DNA of 64,000 nt from an uncultured Clostridia bacterium (lineage in GTDB: Bacteria; Bacillota; Clostridia; Christensenellales; UBA1242), in the NCBI GenBank assembly GCA_934747885.1, contig CAKVHE010000002.1, positions 258,447-322,446 of the forward strand, read 5' to 3'. The notes beneath the pieces were generated by a model. The model had not been told where the DNA came from and searched no databases. It saw only the letters and a program-made list of their open reading frames with translations. Within the stretch, counting starts at the first letter, position 1, and every line of letters begins with the position of its first letter. Below, piece by piece: positions 8,602 to 18,126 of this stretch. The position numbers and the translations under genes were made by a program.

Positions 8602-9618
8602 ATGTTTTTTCAAAAGAAAGGTTTTAATAACAAAAAATATATTAGTTTGCAAAGCAAAGCAATACTTGAACGCGTGGAGCGTTTTGATAAAAAATTGTAT
8701 ATAGAAATAGGTGGGAAGCTTTTGGACGATTTGCATGCATCAAGAGTGTTGCCTGGGTTTAAACCGGATGTAAAAATTAAGATGCTAAAATCGCTTAAAG
8801 ACAAATTGGAAGTAATTTTTTGTATTTCAGCAAAGCATGTTGAGCAAAAAAAGGTTCGTGACGACTATGGTATAACCTATGCAGATGAGGGATTAAGAAT
8901 AATTGGCGAACTTAGAAAGAGGGGTATTACGGTAAGTGCGATAGTAATAACTCTTTACAAGAGTGGAGAACTTATTGATAATTTTATTAAAAAACTAAAA
9001 GATATGGGCGAAAAGGTTTACATTCATACCTTTACCAAAGGTTATCCTGATGATGTAAAAACTATTGTTTCGGATGAGGGCTATGGCGCAAACCCTTATG
9101 TGCCAACAACAAGACCTATTGTTATAGTAAATGGCCCAGGGCCTTGTTCGGGAAAACTTGCAACTTGCCTTTCGCAAATGTACCATGAATATATGATGGG
9201 CATAAAGGCGGGATATGCCAAGTATGAGTCATTTCCAATTTGGAATTTGCCATTAAATCACCCAATAAACCTAGCGTATGAGGCCGCAACGGCAGACATT
9301 AAAGATTATAATATGATTGATACTTTCCACGAAAAAGCGTATGGTATTTCGGCTGTCAACTACAATAGGGATATGGAAACCTTTCCAGTGTTAAGAGATA
9401 TTTTATATAAAATTACTGGGGAAGAAATTTACAAAAGCCCAACTGATATGGGGGTAAACAAAATTGGTTATGCAATAACAAATGACAAAGTTGTGCGTGA
9501 GGCTAGTAAGCGCGAAATAATTAGGCGTTATGAAAAAGCCAAAGCGCAAGTTGCCGAAGGCAAAGAAACGCAAGAAACTTTGGATAGAATTGCTGAAATT
9601 GTTGATGAACTTGAATAA
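8602..9618 (+). CDS. DUF1846 (UPF0371) family protein, short form
   Basis: LYIEIGGKLLDDLHASRVLPGFKPDVK, NGPGPCSGKLATCLSQMYHE, YAKYESFPIWNLPLNHPINLAYEAATAD and REIIRRYEKA closely follow the DUF1846 sequence as I recall it. It ends at 338 aa, whereas I recall family members being nearer 500 aa. Confidence 0.8.
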   Translation: MFFQKKGFNNKKYISLQSKAILERVERFDKKLYIEIGGKLLDDLHASRVLPGFKPDVKIKMLKSLKDKLEVIFCISAKHVEQKKVRDDYGITYADEGLRIIGELRKRGITVSAIVITLYKSGELIDNFIKKLKDMGEKVYIHTFTKGYPDDVKTIVSDEGYGANPYVPTTRPIVIVNGPGPCSGKLATCLSQMYHEYMMGIKAGYAKYESFPIWNLPLNHPINLAYEAATADIKDYNMIDTFHEKAYGISAVNYNRDMETFPVLRDILYKITGEEIYKSPTDMGVNKIGYAITNDKVVREASKREIIRRYEKAKAQVAEGKETQETLDRIAEIVDELE

Positions 9619-9631
9619 AATTTTTTACAAA

Positions 9632-9662
9632 AGCAGTGACATTAAGTCACTGCTTTAACTTT
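9632..9662 (+). terminator. Rho-independent terminator
   Basis: Stem agcagtgac (9632-9640) / gtcactgct (9646-9654), followed by ttaacttt. Confidence 0.6.
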
Positions 9663-9700
9663 GCGCAAACTTTTTGCATAAGATAAATCGAGGTAAAAAT

Positions 9701-10783
9701 ATGGATGAATTTTCTTATACGCGATTTATAATTGATTTGTCGGCAATAAAAAGTAATGCAAAAACTATAAAAAATTTGGTCGGCAAAAATACAAAAATGT
9801 GTGCAATGGTTAAGGCAAATGGTTACGGAAGTGAAATTTCACACGTCGCAAAAAGCATAGATAACTTGGTAGATTGCTTTGGTGTTGCTACTTTAAGCGA
9901 AGGAATTAGGCTTAGAAAAAATGGAATTAAAAGCGACATTTTGATTATGCAACCAGTCAAAATTTCTTTAATTGATTTATATGCCTATTACAATTTAACG
10001 CCTTCTGTAGGCGATATTTGGCACTTGAATAAACTATCGAGCGAGTGCTTGCGTCCACTTAAGGTGCATTTTTGCATTGATACAGGCATGCACAGATTTG
10101 GTTTTTTGGAAAAATCACAAATTGAAGACGCAATTACAATTTTAAAAAATAATAAAAACCTAATTTTAACTGGTGCCTTTTCGCACCTTGCAACAAAGGA
10201 AGGAGATGTGGACTACATAGGTCATCAAGCGCATAATTTTGAAGACTTGACGCGCGCACTTCCCAAGGAAACCACTTTGCACTTGGCAAATACAAATGCA
10301 ACCTTTAATCACCCAAATTTGCATTACGATATGGTTAGGGTGGGCTTTGCAATCTATGGATATTTTAATAATAAAAAATTAAAAAAGTCGCTTAGCATAA
10401 AAAGCGAGTTGGTGTCGGTAAACACTTTTGAGGCTGGAGAAACAATTGGCTATGACCGCACTTGCACATTAAAGCGGGAAACAAAAGTTGGGGTAGTGCC
10501 AATTGGCTATGCTGATGGTTATGACCGCAAACTGTCAAATATTGCTTATGTTTTAATAAATGGTAAACGGGCTAATGTGCTTGGCAATGTTTGCATGGAT
10601 TGCTTTATGGTTGATTTAACCAATGTGCCTGATGCTCAAATTGGTACCGAGGTAACTATTCTTGGAAGGAGTGGGCGCGCTAGTATTTGCTTATCTCATT
10701 ATGCAAAATGGCTAAACGAAAGTGAGTATGCCTGCCTTTTAAAATTTAATAGTAATCGTATGAAAGTTGAGTTTGTGGAATAA
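9701..10783 (+). CDS. alr: Alanine racemase
   Basis: Start at ATG 9701 after gaggt. PLP-lysine motif AMVKANGYG, then PIGYADGYDR and GNVCMD. Confidence 0.9.
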   Translation: MDEFSYTRFIIDLSAIKSNAKTIKNLVGKNTKMCAMVKANGYGSEISHVAKSIDNLVDCFGVATLSEGIRLRKNGIKSDILIMQPVKISLIDLYAYYNLTPSVGDIWHLNKLSSECLRPLKVHFCIDTGMHRFGFLEKSQIEDAITILKNNKNLILTGAFSHLATKEGDVDYIGHQAHNFEDLTRALPKETTLHLANTNATFNHPNLHYDMVRVGFAIYGYFNNKKLKKSLSIKSELVSVNTFEAGETIGYDRTCTLKRETKVGVVPIGYADGYDRKLSNIAYVLINGKRANVLGNVCMDCFMVDLTNVPDAQIGTEVTILGRSGRASICLSHYAKWLNESEYACLLKFNSNRMKVEFVE

Positions 10784-10815
10784 AAAAAGCGGCCTATTTA
10801 GGTCGCTAATTTTAT
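10783..10815. terminator. Bidirectional terminator between convergent alr and the ABC genes
   Basis: Imperfect stem agcggcc (10788-10794) / ggtcgct (10801-10807), flanked by an A-run and a T-rich run. Confidence 0.5.
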
Positions 10816-12596
10816 TCAGCAAATTGACTGTTGTATAGTTCGGCATAGGCACCATTTTTTGCAAGCAATTCACTATGGTTGCCTTGCTCAACAATGTCAC
10901 CGTTTTTCATTACAATAATCATATCGGCGTTTTTAATGGTTGATAGTCGATGGGCAATTACAAACGAAGTTCTACCACTAGATAGTTTGTCCATAGCCTG
11001 TTGAACAATGAGTTCAGTTCGGGTGTCAATGTTGCTGGTTGCTTCATCCAAAATGATCATTGGGCTGTTTTGTATCATTGCACGTGCAATTGTTAAGAGT
11101 TGTTTTTGACCAACCGAAAGGGCAGTGGCTTCCGAAAGTTGTGTGTCATAACCATTCGGTAGAGTTTTGATAAAGTGGTCAAGCCCGCAAGTTGCGCAAA
11201 CGTTATCAAGTTCGGCGTCTGTTATGCCAGTCTTATTAAACACTAAGTTTTCGCGCAAAGTTCCTTCAAATAGCCAACTATCTTGCAATACCATGCCAAA
11301 AAGGTCATGCAAGTTCTCGCGAGTAATTGTTTTGGTTGATACACCGTCAATTAAAATATCGCCAGAGTTTATTTCGTAAAAACGCATAAGCAAATTGACA
11401 ATAGTGGTTTTGCCGGCGCCGGTAGGACCCACAATCGCAACTTTTTGTCCGGCTTTTACGGTTGCCGAAAAATCGTTTATAATGGTTTTTTCGCTTGTGT
11501 AACCAAAGTGTACATTTTTAAACTCAACATCACCTTTAACTTTTTGTGGGTCAAGTTGGTTTGTTAGCATACTTTCGCCACTCATTTCTGGTTCATTCAA
11601 AAACTCAAAAACTCTTTCACTTGCTGCTGCGCTAGATTGCAATCGTGAAACTGATTGAGCAAATTGAGTTAGCGGGTTGGTAAACATTCGAGCATAAATA
11701 ATAAATGCAATAATAGTACCAATATCGGTTTTGCCTTTAACTGCCAAAATTGAGCCAATCACGCAAACCGATACGTAACTTAGGTTTCCAATAAAGTTCA
11801 TAATTGGTGGCATAAGTCCACTCAAAAATTGAGATTTCCATGCGCTTTTATATAGGTCGCTGTTTAGTCCATTAAATTTAATCGCTTCTTCGTCAGTGGC
11901 ATTATATACATTTACTATGTTTTGGTTGGTATAAACTTCTTCAATGTGTCCATTAACTTTGCCTAGTCCGTTTTGTTGCATAACGAAATATTTTTGTGAA
12001 TTGGTTACCACAATTGAAATAAGTGCAAAACCAATAAGGCAGGTTACAATTGTTGTTATGGTAAGCGTTACGTTGGTGGTAAACATCATTATGGTAGTTA
12101 AAAGTAGCATTGCAAGCGAATGCACAATGGTCGCAAAACTATCGCTTACCCCTTGCGAAATAGAATCTACGTCGTTGGTAACTCTACTAAGCAGATCACC
12201 ATGCGCGCTAGAATCTACAAATTTAATTGGTACACGGTTGATTTTTTGTGAAATATCAGTTCTTAAATTTTTAGAAATTCCTTGCGCGGCTTTTGCTGTA
12301 AGCAAATCTTGAAACAAATTAAATATACTGCTAAGCGCGTAAATGATAATCAAAAAACTAGCAATAGAAATTATTTTTTCGAGATTCATCGGCATCATAA
12401 TGCCTTCGCCGATAAGGTTTAAAATCTCTTTAATTTTGTTAGGGCCGAGGCAGGCAAGTACGGCTGAACCTAGTGCCAAAACAAAAGAAATAATAATTGG
12501 AACCAAATATTTTTTTGAATAGCGCGCCAAATCTAAAAGTGCCTTTTTAAAATTTTTGGCTTTTTGATTTGGATTGATATTTCTATTTTTTGCCAT
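10812..12596 (-). CDS. ABC exporter fused permease/ATPase, canonical NBD half of a heterodimer
   Basis: 594 aa with a six-helix TMD. Walker A GPTGAGKTT, signature LSVGQKQ, Walker B MIILDEATS (catalytic Glu present), switch IAHRLST. Confidence 0.9.
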   Translation of the reverse strand: MAKNRNINPNQKAKNFKKALLDLARYSKKYLVPIIISFVLALGSAVLACLGPNKIKEILNLIGEGIMMPMNLEKIISIASFLIIIYALSSIFNLFQDLLTAKAAQGISKNLRTDISQKINRVPIKFVDSSAHGDLLSRVTNDVDSISQGVSDSFATIVHSLAMLLLTTIMMFTTNVTLTITTIVTCLIGFALISIVVTNSQKYFVMQQNGLGKVNGHIEEVYTNQNIVNVYNATDEEAIKFNGLNSDLYKSAWKSQFLSGLMPPIMNFIGNLSYVSVCVIGSILAVKGKTDIGTIIAFIIYARMFTNPLTQFAQSVSRLQSSAAASERVFEFLNEPEMSGESMLTNQLDPQKVKGDVEFKNVHFGYTSEKTIINDFSATVKAGQKVAIVGPTGAGKTTIVNLLMRFYEINSGDILIDGVSTKTITRENLHDLFGMVLQDSWLFEGTLRENLVFNKTGITDAELDNVCATCGLDHFIKTLPNGYDTQLSEATALSVGQKQLLTIARAMIQNSPMIILDEATSNIDTRTELIVQQAMDKLSSGRTSFVIAHRLSTIKNADMIIVMKNGDIVEQGNHSELLAKNGAYAELYNSQFAE

Positions 12597-14343
12597 AATT
12601 TAGTTCCTCCTCAGATAGCTGCGACAAGGCAATTTCTTTGTATACCTTGCAGTTTTCAAGTAGGTCAAAATGCTTTCCAATGCCTACAATTTCACCATTA
12701 TCAATTACCACAATTTTGTCGCAATCTTTAACGGTAGCAACACGTTGAGTAACAATAACGCAAGTGGAGTTTGGTAGTTTGCTGTTAAGTGTGCGCCTTA
12801 ATGCTAGATCGGTTTTAAAGTCTAGCGCCGAAAACGAGTCGTCAAAAATTAAAATTTCTGGTTCGCGGGCAAGCGCGCGCGCAATGCTTAGTCGTTGTTT
12901 TTGACCACCGCTAACGTTGGTGCCACCTTGATAAATTTCAGCGTCAATAGTTTTGTCCATCGCATTTACAAAACTTTGTGATTCGCTATATTCTATGGCT
13001 TTTTTAACATTATCCAGCGAGACCTTTTCGCCATTAACTTTACCCATGGCGACATTGGTTTGTACAGTGCCGGACATAAGCATTGGTTTTTGTGAGATAT
13101 AACCAATTTTGTCGTGGAGTTCTTCTATGGTATAGTTTTTAACATTTTCGCCGTCAACCAAAACTTCACCGTCGGTTACGTCGTACAGTCTTGGCAGTAG
13201 TTTTATAATGGTAGATTTGCCACTGCCGGTTGCGCCAATTATGGCAATTTTTTCGCCTTGCTTTGCTTCAAAGGTGATGTTTTTTAAGACGGGTTCTTTG
13301 GCGTCTTGATAGCAAAAACTAACATTGTTAAATTTAAAGGTGCCAACTTCGGTAGGTTTTGCACCCTTACCATCGGTGATTGATGGGGTTACGTCCAAAA
13401 CTTCTTGAATACGCTTAAAGCTTACTGTTGCACGCGGTAATATCATAAAGATAATAATTAGCATTATGCACGCACTAATAACTTGCATTGCGTATGAGAA
13501 AAATACAACCATATCGCTAAATAGGGTTATTTTTTCTGGCAAGAGAGCGTTTGAAATCAAGTGTGCGCCAATTAAATAAATGGCAAGCGAAAGCCCATTC
13601 ATAACAATTTGCATTAAAGGGTTTAAAAAGCTCATTGCATAACTTGCTTTTAATTGTGATGTCTTTAAATTGTTGTTGGCGTCGTCAAACTTTGTTTCCA
13701 TATAATTTTCGGCATTAAAGGCTCTAACAACCCTAAGTCCGGTAAGGTTTTCACGCGTTACTCGGTTTAGATCATCGGTAAGTCGTTGCATCTTTTTAAA
13801 GTGAGGAACCGCAAAAAGTAGTATTACCGTAACGCCCAAAATAATGGACAAAATTGCTATGCTGGTTGCAAGTGACCATTGCCAGTTTTTGTTAACTATT
13901 TTTAAAATAGCCCATATTGCCAAAACTGGCGCTTTTAACAAAATTTGCAAACCCATAGCCACCGATTGTTGTACTTGTGATACGTCGTTGGTTGAACGGG
14001 TAATTAAACTTGCAATACTAAATTTGTTTATTTCGCTAGGTGAAAAACTAGCTACTTTGTTATAGGTTTGTTTGCGCAAATTTTTAGCGAGTGTGGCACT
14101 CATGCGCGCGGTGATGTATCCAACTATAACAGCCAAAATGCCACTTGCAATTGCAAGTGCTAACATTTTTAAACCGCAAGAAATAATATCGTTTACTGTG
14201 CCGTTTTTTTGCAGAAGTTCGGTTATGTCGCTCATGTAATCAGGTATCTTTAAATCTAGATATACCTGACCCACAACAAGTGCGAGAATGGCTACAACTG
14301 CAAGCCACATTTTTGGGGTAAAGTGTTTTAAAAATTTAGCCAT
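12583..14343 (-). CDS. ABC exporter fused permease/ATPase, degenerate-site half of a heterodimer
   Basis: 586 aa. Walker A GATGSGKST, signature VSGGQKQ, Walker B ILIFDDSFS (Asp in place of the catalytic Glu), switch VTQRVAT (Gln in place of His). It overlaps the downstream partner by 14 nt. Confidence 0.9.
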   Translation of the reverse strand: MAKFLKHFTPKMWLAVVAILALVVGQVYLDLKIPDYMSDITELLQKNGTVNDIISCGLKMLALAIASGILAVIVGYITARMSATLAKNLRKQTYNKVASFSPSEINKFSIASLITRSTNDVSQVQQSVAMGLQILLKAPVLAIWAILKIVNKNWQWSLATSIAILSIILGVTVILLFAVPHFKKMQRLTDDLNRVTRENLTGLRVVRAFNAENYMETKFDDANNNLKTSQLKASYAMSFLNPLMQIVMNGLSLAIYLIGAHLISNALLPEKITLFSDMVVFFSYAMQVISACIMLIIIFMILPRATVSFKRIQEVLDVTPSITDGKGAKPTEVGTFKFNNVSFCYQDAKEPVLKNITFEAKQGEKIAIIGATGSGKSTIIKLLPRLYDVTDGEVLVDGENVKNYTIEELHDKIGYISQKPMLMSGTVQTNVAMGKVNGEKVSLDNVKKAIEYSESQSFVNAMDKTIDAEIYQGGTNVSGGQKQRLSIARALAREPEILIFDDSFSALDFKTDLALRRTLNSKLPNSTCVIVTQRVATVKDCDKIVVIDNGEIVGIGKHFDLLENCKVYKEIALSQLSEEELNYGKK

Positions 14344-14456
14344 AATTTCTCCTTTTAATGATGAGTTATTTTAACTTAATTGCCAAAACAAGTCAATAAA
14401 TTAGGTCACATTTTATTAAGATTTTCTATTTATAATATTATAATATATATTAGATA

Positions 14457-14486
14457 TTGACTTTAAATTGCAAATTGTGTTATAAT
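14457..14486 (+). promoter_or_regulatory. Sigma-A-like promoter
   Basis: TTGACT (14457-14462), 18-nt spacer, TATAAT (14481-14486), with TG at 14478-14479. Confidence 0.5.
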
Positions 14487-14507
14487 AATTTTATATAGGG
14501 GACGCGT

Positions 14508-15020
14508 ATGGAAAACAAGTTGGATATTGTTGTTGCAAATGGTTTTTCAAGGCTTTCACGCGAGTGTGCGATGCTTGCAACTAGCACTTCGGTGCAAGAA
14601 GGTTACCATGCAAGTTTGAGCGAACTTGGCAAAGCCGATTATTTTGTCTGTGCAGGCAAAGGTAGAGAACTTTTAGGTTTTGCTGCTTTGGCAAACGATG
14701 GTATTGTTGACAATGACATCACAATACTAAACCTTTGCGTTAAAAGGGGCAATAACGCAGATGAGGTTTCTAGCAATTTGGTTGAGTATGTTGTAAAACA
14801 CTCATTTGGCAGAAGATATGTTATGGCAGATGTTGACAAAGAACAAACCGAGCTAATTAAAGTGTTAGCGCGCGTTGGACTAAAAAAGTCTTATGCTTAT
14901 GATAACAATGTTGTGTTGTGGCTCGATACCTCGCTTGTTGCCGGAAATGATTTTTTATCGGCTGAAAAAAATTTACCAAACTTTAAATTTACAGCCGCCG
15001 AAGACGAAAGTCAAAATTAG
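14508..15020 (+). CDS. Hypothetical protein, possibly a GNAT-like acetyltransferase fold
   Basis: 170 aa. The only weak hint is the layout LLGFAAL...ILNLCVKRGNNADEVSSNLVEYVVKHS, resembling a GNAT beta4-alpha3 region. No firm motif. Confidence 0.3.
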   Translation: MENKLDIVVANGFSRLSRECAMLATSTSVQEGYHASLSELGKADYFVCAGKGRELLGFAALANDGIVDNDITILNLCVKRGNNADEVSSNLVEYVVKHSFGRRYVMADVDKEQTELIKVLARVGLKKSYAYDNNVVLWLDTSLVAGNDFLSAEKNLPNFKFTAAEDESQN

Positions 15021-15024
15021 TTTT

Positions 15025-15048
15025 AGCCGCCATTATGGCGGTTTTTTG
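15025..15048 (+). terminator. Rho-independent terminator
   Basis: Stem gccgcc (15026-15031) / ggcggt (15037-15042), followed by a T-run. Confidence 0.65.
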
Positions 15049-15088
15049 TATTAAAAGCAATAAAACGAGTTAAAAAACAGCAAAACTA

Positions 15089-15117
15089 TTGTAATTTTGG
15101 GTTGTTTGTGGTATAAT
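15089..15117 (+). promoter_or_regulatory. Sigma-A-like promoter
   Basis: TTGTAA (15089-15094), 17-nt spacer, TATAAT (15112-15117), with TG at 15109-15110. Confidence 0.45.
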
Positions 15118-15153
15118 AATTAAAATAAAAAAGCGTAAACTTAGGAGGATATT

Positions 15154-15552
15154 TTGTTTATGGCAGATTATGAAACTGGGATGAACTTTGCATCAAATTG
15201 CAAAAGTACACGTGGTTCATCAAAATCCGGAGATTTGTTTACTTCGTTCCAACTCGCTGGCAAAAATGCAACACTTGGCGATAACTGGGTGAGGTTGCAA
15301 GACAAGCGCAAATTTTTTGAAGCGTACAAAAAGAATCCGGCAATGTATGGACTAAACAAACTAAAATTTCAATTTGAAAATTTGTGCGCACAAATAAAAA
15401 CGATCGAAGGGTTGCCAGACAATGCAACTTTTGCAAAGATTGCAGTTGACAAACACATATTAAACAAAGCAACTGCTTTGCAATTTGCAGTTAATTTGTA
15501 CGATGAGATGAAGGATTTTATTGCTGAATCTGATGGCGTAAGCGAAAGATAA
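15154..15552 (+). CDS. Hypothetical protein
   Basis: 132 aa ORF after aggagg (15143-15148). The start is TTG 15154 or ATG 15160. No recognisable family. Confidence 0.45.
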   Translation: MFMADYETGMNFASNCKSTRGSSKSGDLFTSFQLAGKNATLGDNWVRLQDKRKFFEAYKKNPAMYGLNKLKFQFENLCAQIKTIEGLPDNATFAKIAVDKHILNKATALQFAVNLYDEMKDFIAESDGVSER

Positions 15553-15557
15553 ATAAT

Positions 15558-15586
15558 AGCCTACTCATAAAAGAGTAGGCTTTTTG
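15558..15586 (+). terminator. Rho-independent terminator
   Basis: Stem agcctactc (15558-15566) / gagtaggct (15573-15581), followed by a T-run. Confidence 0.8.
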
Positions 15587-15701
15587 CTTGCTTTTGTGTA
15601 ATTATGGGGGCTATGGCGCATATTAAAAAAGTATTAACAAAATATGGTAATTTACTTGAAATTTTTTCAAGTTTGGGTTATTATAATTGTTAGAGCAATT
15701 T

Positions 15702-15789
15702 GGAGAGATGTCAGAGTGGTCGAATGTGCTTGACTCGAAATCAAGTGTGCGGAAACGCATCGGGGGTTCAAATCCCTCTCTCTCCGCCA
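15702..15789 (+). tRNA. tRNA-Ser (anticodon CGA), CCA encoded
   Basis: Acceptor ggagaga / tctctcc. Anticodon stem cttga/tcaag with loop ctCGAaa. Long variable arm gtgcggaaacgcatc (class II tRNA). T-arm ggggg-ttcaaat-ccctc. Ends in gCCA. Confidence 0.9.
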
Positions 15790-15936
15790 AACCAAAAGGA
15801 AGTCGAAGGACTTTCTTTTTGTTTGCAATAGAATTGAACCTTACGGTTCAGTGATATTTGTATTGCAGTGATATTTGTTAAAGCAAATGATGTACTGTTG
15901 ACGCGAAAGCGAAGGATAATATGTGAGGAAATTTAA

Positions 15937-16167
15937 ATGGAAGTTGTTGTTGGGCGCGTTTATAGACACTTTAAGGGTGACTATTACATTGTAGAAAATA
16001 TAGCCATTCATTCTGAAACGGGTGAAAAAATGGTTATATATAGAGCACTTTATGGAGAGGGCAAAGTTTACGCCAGACCTTATGATAAGTTTGTTGAAAA
16101 GGTAAATAAAGGGGAGCAGGAATATCGTTTTCAGTTGCAAGAAATTGATAGTGTTGTAAAAAAATAA
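15937..16167 (+). CDS. DUF1653 family protein
   Basis: 76 aa. VYRHFKGDYYIVENIAIHSETGEKMVIYRALYGEGKVYARPYDKF matches the DUF1653 pattern (YxHxKG..Y.v...a.hsEt.e..VvY). Confidence 0.7.
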   Translation: MEVVVGRVYRHFKGDYYIVENIAIHSETGEKMVIYRALYGEGKVYARPYDKFVEKVNKGEQEYRFQLQEIDSVVKK

Positions 16168-16248
16168 TAGTTTTGCTTTCACTTTAATTTTGAAATTTAT
16201 TTAATTCAACTGTTGATTTTTGTTCAAAATTGTTATATTATATGAAGT

Positions 16249-16806
16249 ATGGAAAAACAATTATATGCTATTGTAAATTTTAAAGATTCTAAAACGCCTC
16301 ACATATTTAAGTGTGACAACACTTATAAAGTGGGCGATATTGTGGTTGCCGGACATTGTCCGCGCCCAATAGATAATTTGGCAATTATTAGAAAAATTAA
16401 AAAAATCAGTGATAAAAAGTTGCCGGTGGAAAAGAGCAAAATCGATTCTTTGTCAATGAACTTGGATAAATTGAAATTTTGGGAACATTTTTACGCATTA
16501 AAATATATTAAAAAATATACCGAACAAAGGTATGTAGACGATTGGAAGTATTCAGAAAAAACAGCGTGGATAACTAGATATTATTCTTGCGATGGTTGTT
16601 CAATTTGTTATGAAGATAACGGCACTCTAGTGCTAACTTGTGGATATTATATGAATCCAGACTATGTGGAGTTTATAACAAAAACCAGTCGCAAACATAT
16701 AAAGGAAAAGATTGCGTATTTGATGAAAGTTTTTCCTCTGTATTGTTGCCGTTATTATACGCGTTCAAGGTTTTGTGAACTTTTAAAAATTACTGTGAAC
16801 ATTTAA
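16249..16806 (+). CDS. Hypothetical Cys-rich protein
   Basis: 185 aa ORF with clustered Cys (CDGCSICYEDNGTLVLTC, LYCCRYY). No family recognised. Confidence 0.4.
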   Translation: MEKQLYAIVNFKDSKTPHIFKCDNTYKVGDIVVAGHCPRPIDNLAIIRKIKKISDKKLPVEKSKIDSLSMNLDKLKFWEHFYALKYIKKYTEQRYVDDWKYSEKTAWITRYYSCDGCSICYEDNGTLVLTCGYYMNPDYVEFITKTSRKHIKEKIAYLMKVFPLYCCRYYTRSRFCELLKITVNI

Positions 16807-17255
16807 GTTTGGACAGTACCAACAAAAGTGCAAGTCACATTATGTGACCTGCATTTTTTAATTGGTTGGTTTTGCTTGCTTTGATAAATAAAGTAAAAGA
16901 TAAATTGCAATAAAGATGGCAAATAGTCCAAACACTAAGCCGGTTAGTACATTGTAAAAGTTCGCCTCAGTTTTGGTTGCTGACAAAAGAGCAATTTAAG
17001 TTGACACAATTGCAAAACAACGGGAAGCCAAATTGAAGCCTTTAAATGTTTTTATCAACAGTACATTATAAAAAAGACTTGGAGGGCGTAATTGTAGAAT
17101 TTGCTTTGTTTGATATTGCGGTTGTTGTAAACCATGAACCAATAGTTGTGTATAAACTAAGAATGCACTATTAAATTATGAAAATCGCCTACAAATCGTT
17201 TGACAAAATTTGGTGGTTTTGTCATAATTATAATAATATAAAAAGGAGGATAAAG

Positions 17256-18017
17256 ATGAAAAAATTCTTAAAATCATTAGTCGTTGCTTTGGTTATGATC
17301 CCTTGCGCGCTTATGTTTACCGCTTGCGGTCAATTGAGCGATGTAAAAGTTAACACCAAAGGTAACTACAAAGAAGCAGATGTAAAAACATTGACAACAT
17401 TTGCCGAAGAAAACAAAGACGTGAAATCTATGGAAGGCGGTTACAAGTACACTGTTAGTGTAACTTATGGTGACAAGGCAAGTATAGAAAGCACTGCAAT
17501 TGCTCAACTAAAAGATGGAAAACTTGTTGGTTTTGCTATGAATTACGAAGCAAAAGGCACAGTTGACGATAAAGATTTGACGGCAACCATGGAAGGCTAT
17601 GCTCACGACGGCAAAGCATACTATCACTACAAAGACAGCAAAAACGAATACAAATATCAACAAGAAGTTGCTGATTTGGAAATTGACAGCTCGGCAATTA
17701 CTGATCTTATTGATCCTGCTGATATTGCAAACTTGCAAACAGTTTTAGGACAAGTTTCTAGCGCTGCAAAAGTTAGTGTTGCAAAATCTGGCAAAACAAC
17801 CAAATTCCACATCGAAATGGAAGGCAATGAATTGTACTACGTTTTCAAAGAAGGCAAATTGGTTGGCGCGCAATGCACAATGACTATTGATCTATCAAAA
17901 CTTGGTGGTTCAGTTGTTACAGTAAAAATGAATCTTGTTGAATTTAATGGTAACATTAAATATCCAAGCGGACTTGATAAATACTCAACTGAAGTTCCAA
18001 AAGACCTTAAGTTTTAA
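17256..18017 (+). CDS. Putative lipoprotein
   Basis: Start at ATG 17256 after aaaaggagga. Signal MKKFLKSLVVALVMIPCALMFTAC with a lipobox-like FTAC, then a Lys/Asp/Thr-rich soluble domain. Confidence 0.6.
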   Translation: MKKFLKSLVVALVMIPCALMFTACGQLSDVKVNTKGNYKEADVKTLTTFAEENKDVKSMEGGYKYTVSVTYGDKASIESTAIAQLKDGKLVGFAMNYEAKGTVDDKDLTATMEGYAHDGKAYYHYKDSKNEYKYQQEVADLEIDSSAITDLIDPADIANLQTVLGQVSSAAKVSVAKSGKTTKFHIEMEGNELYYVFKEGKLVGAQCTMTIDLSKLGGSVVTVKMNLVEFNGNIKYPSGLDKYSTEVPKDLKF

Positions 18018-18032
18018 TTAAATTAAGCAAAA

Positions 18033-18066
18033 AAATATTCCTGAAAGATGGAATATTTTTTTGTTT
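18033..18066 (+). terminator. Rho-independent terminator
   Basis: Stem aatattcc (18034-18041) / ggaatatt (18050-18057), followed by a T-run. Confidence 0.7.
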
Positions 18067-18126
18067 TTTCATTTTGAGATTGCAGGCTGAATATGATATA
18101 ATAAATAAAAAATCTTGGAGATAAAT

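Noticed and set aside
15702-15789. tRNA-Ser as the attachment site of an integrated element
   Set aside because: No integrase is present, and I found no repeat of the tRNA 3' end by eye in the following 2 kb. I kept only a low-interest note on the adjacent orphan genes.
15841-16182. 113-aa minus-strand ORF overlapping the DUF1653 gene
   Set aside because: The plus-strand 76-aa ORF carries the recognisable DUF1653 motif. The minus-strand product has no features.
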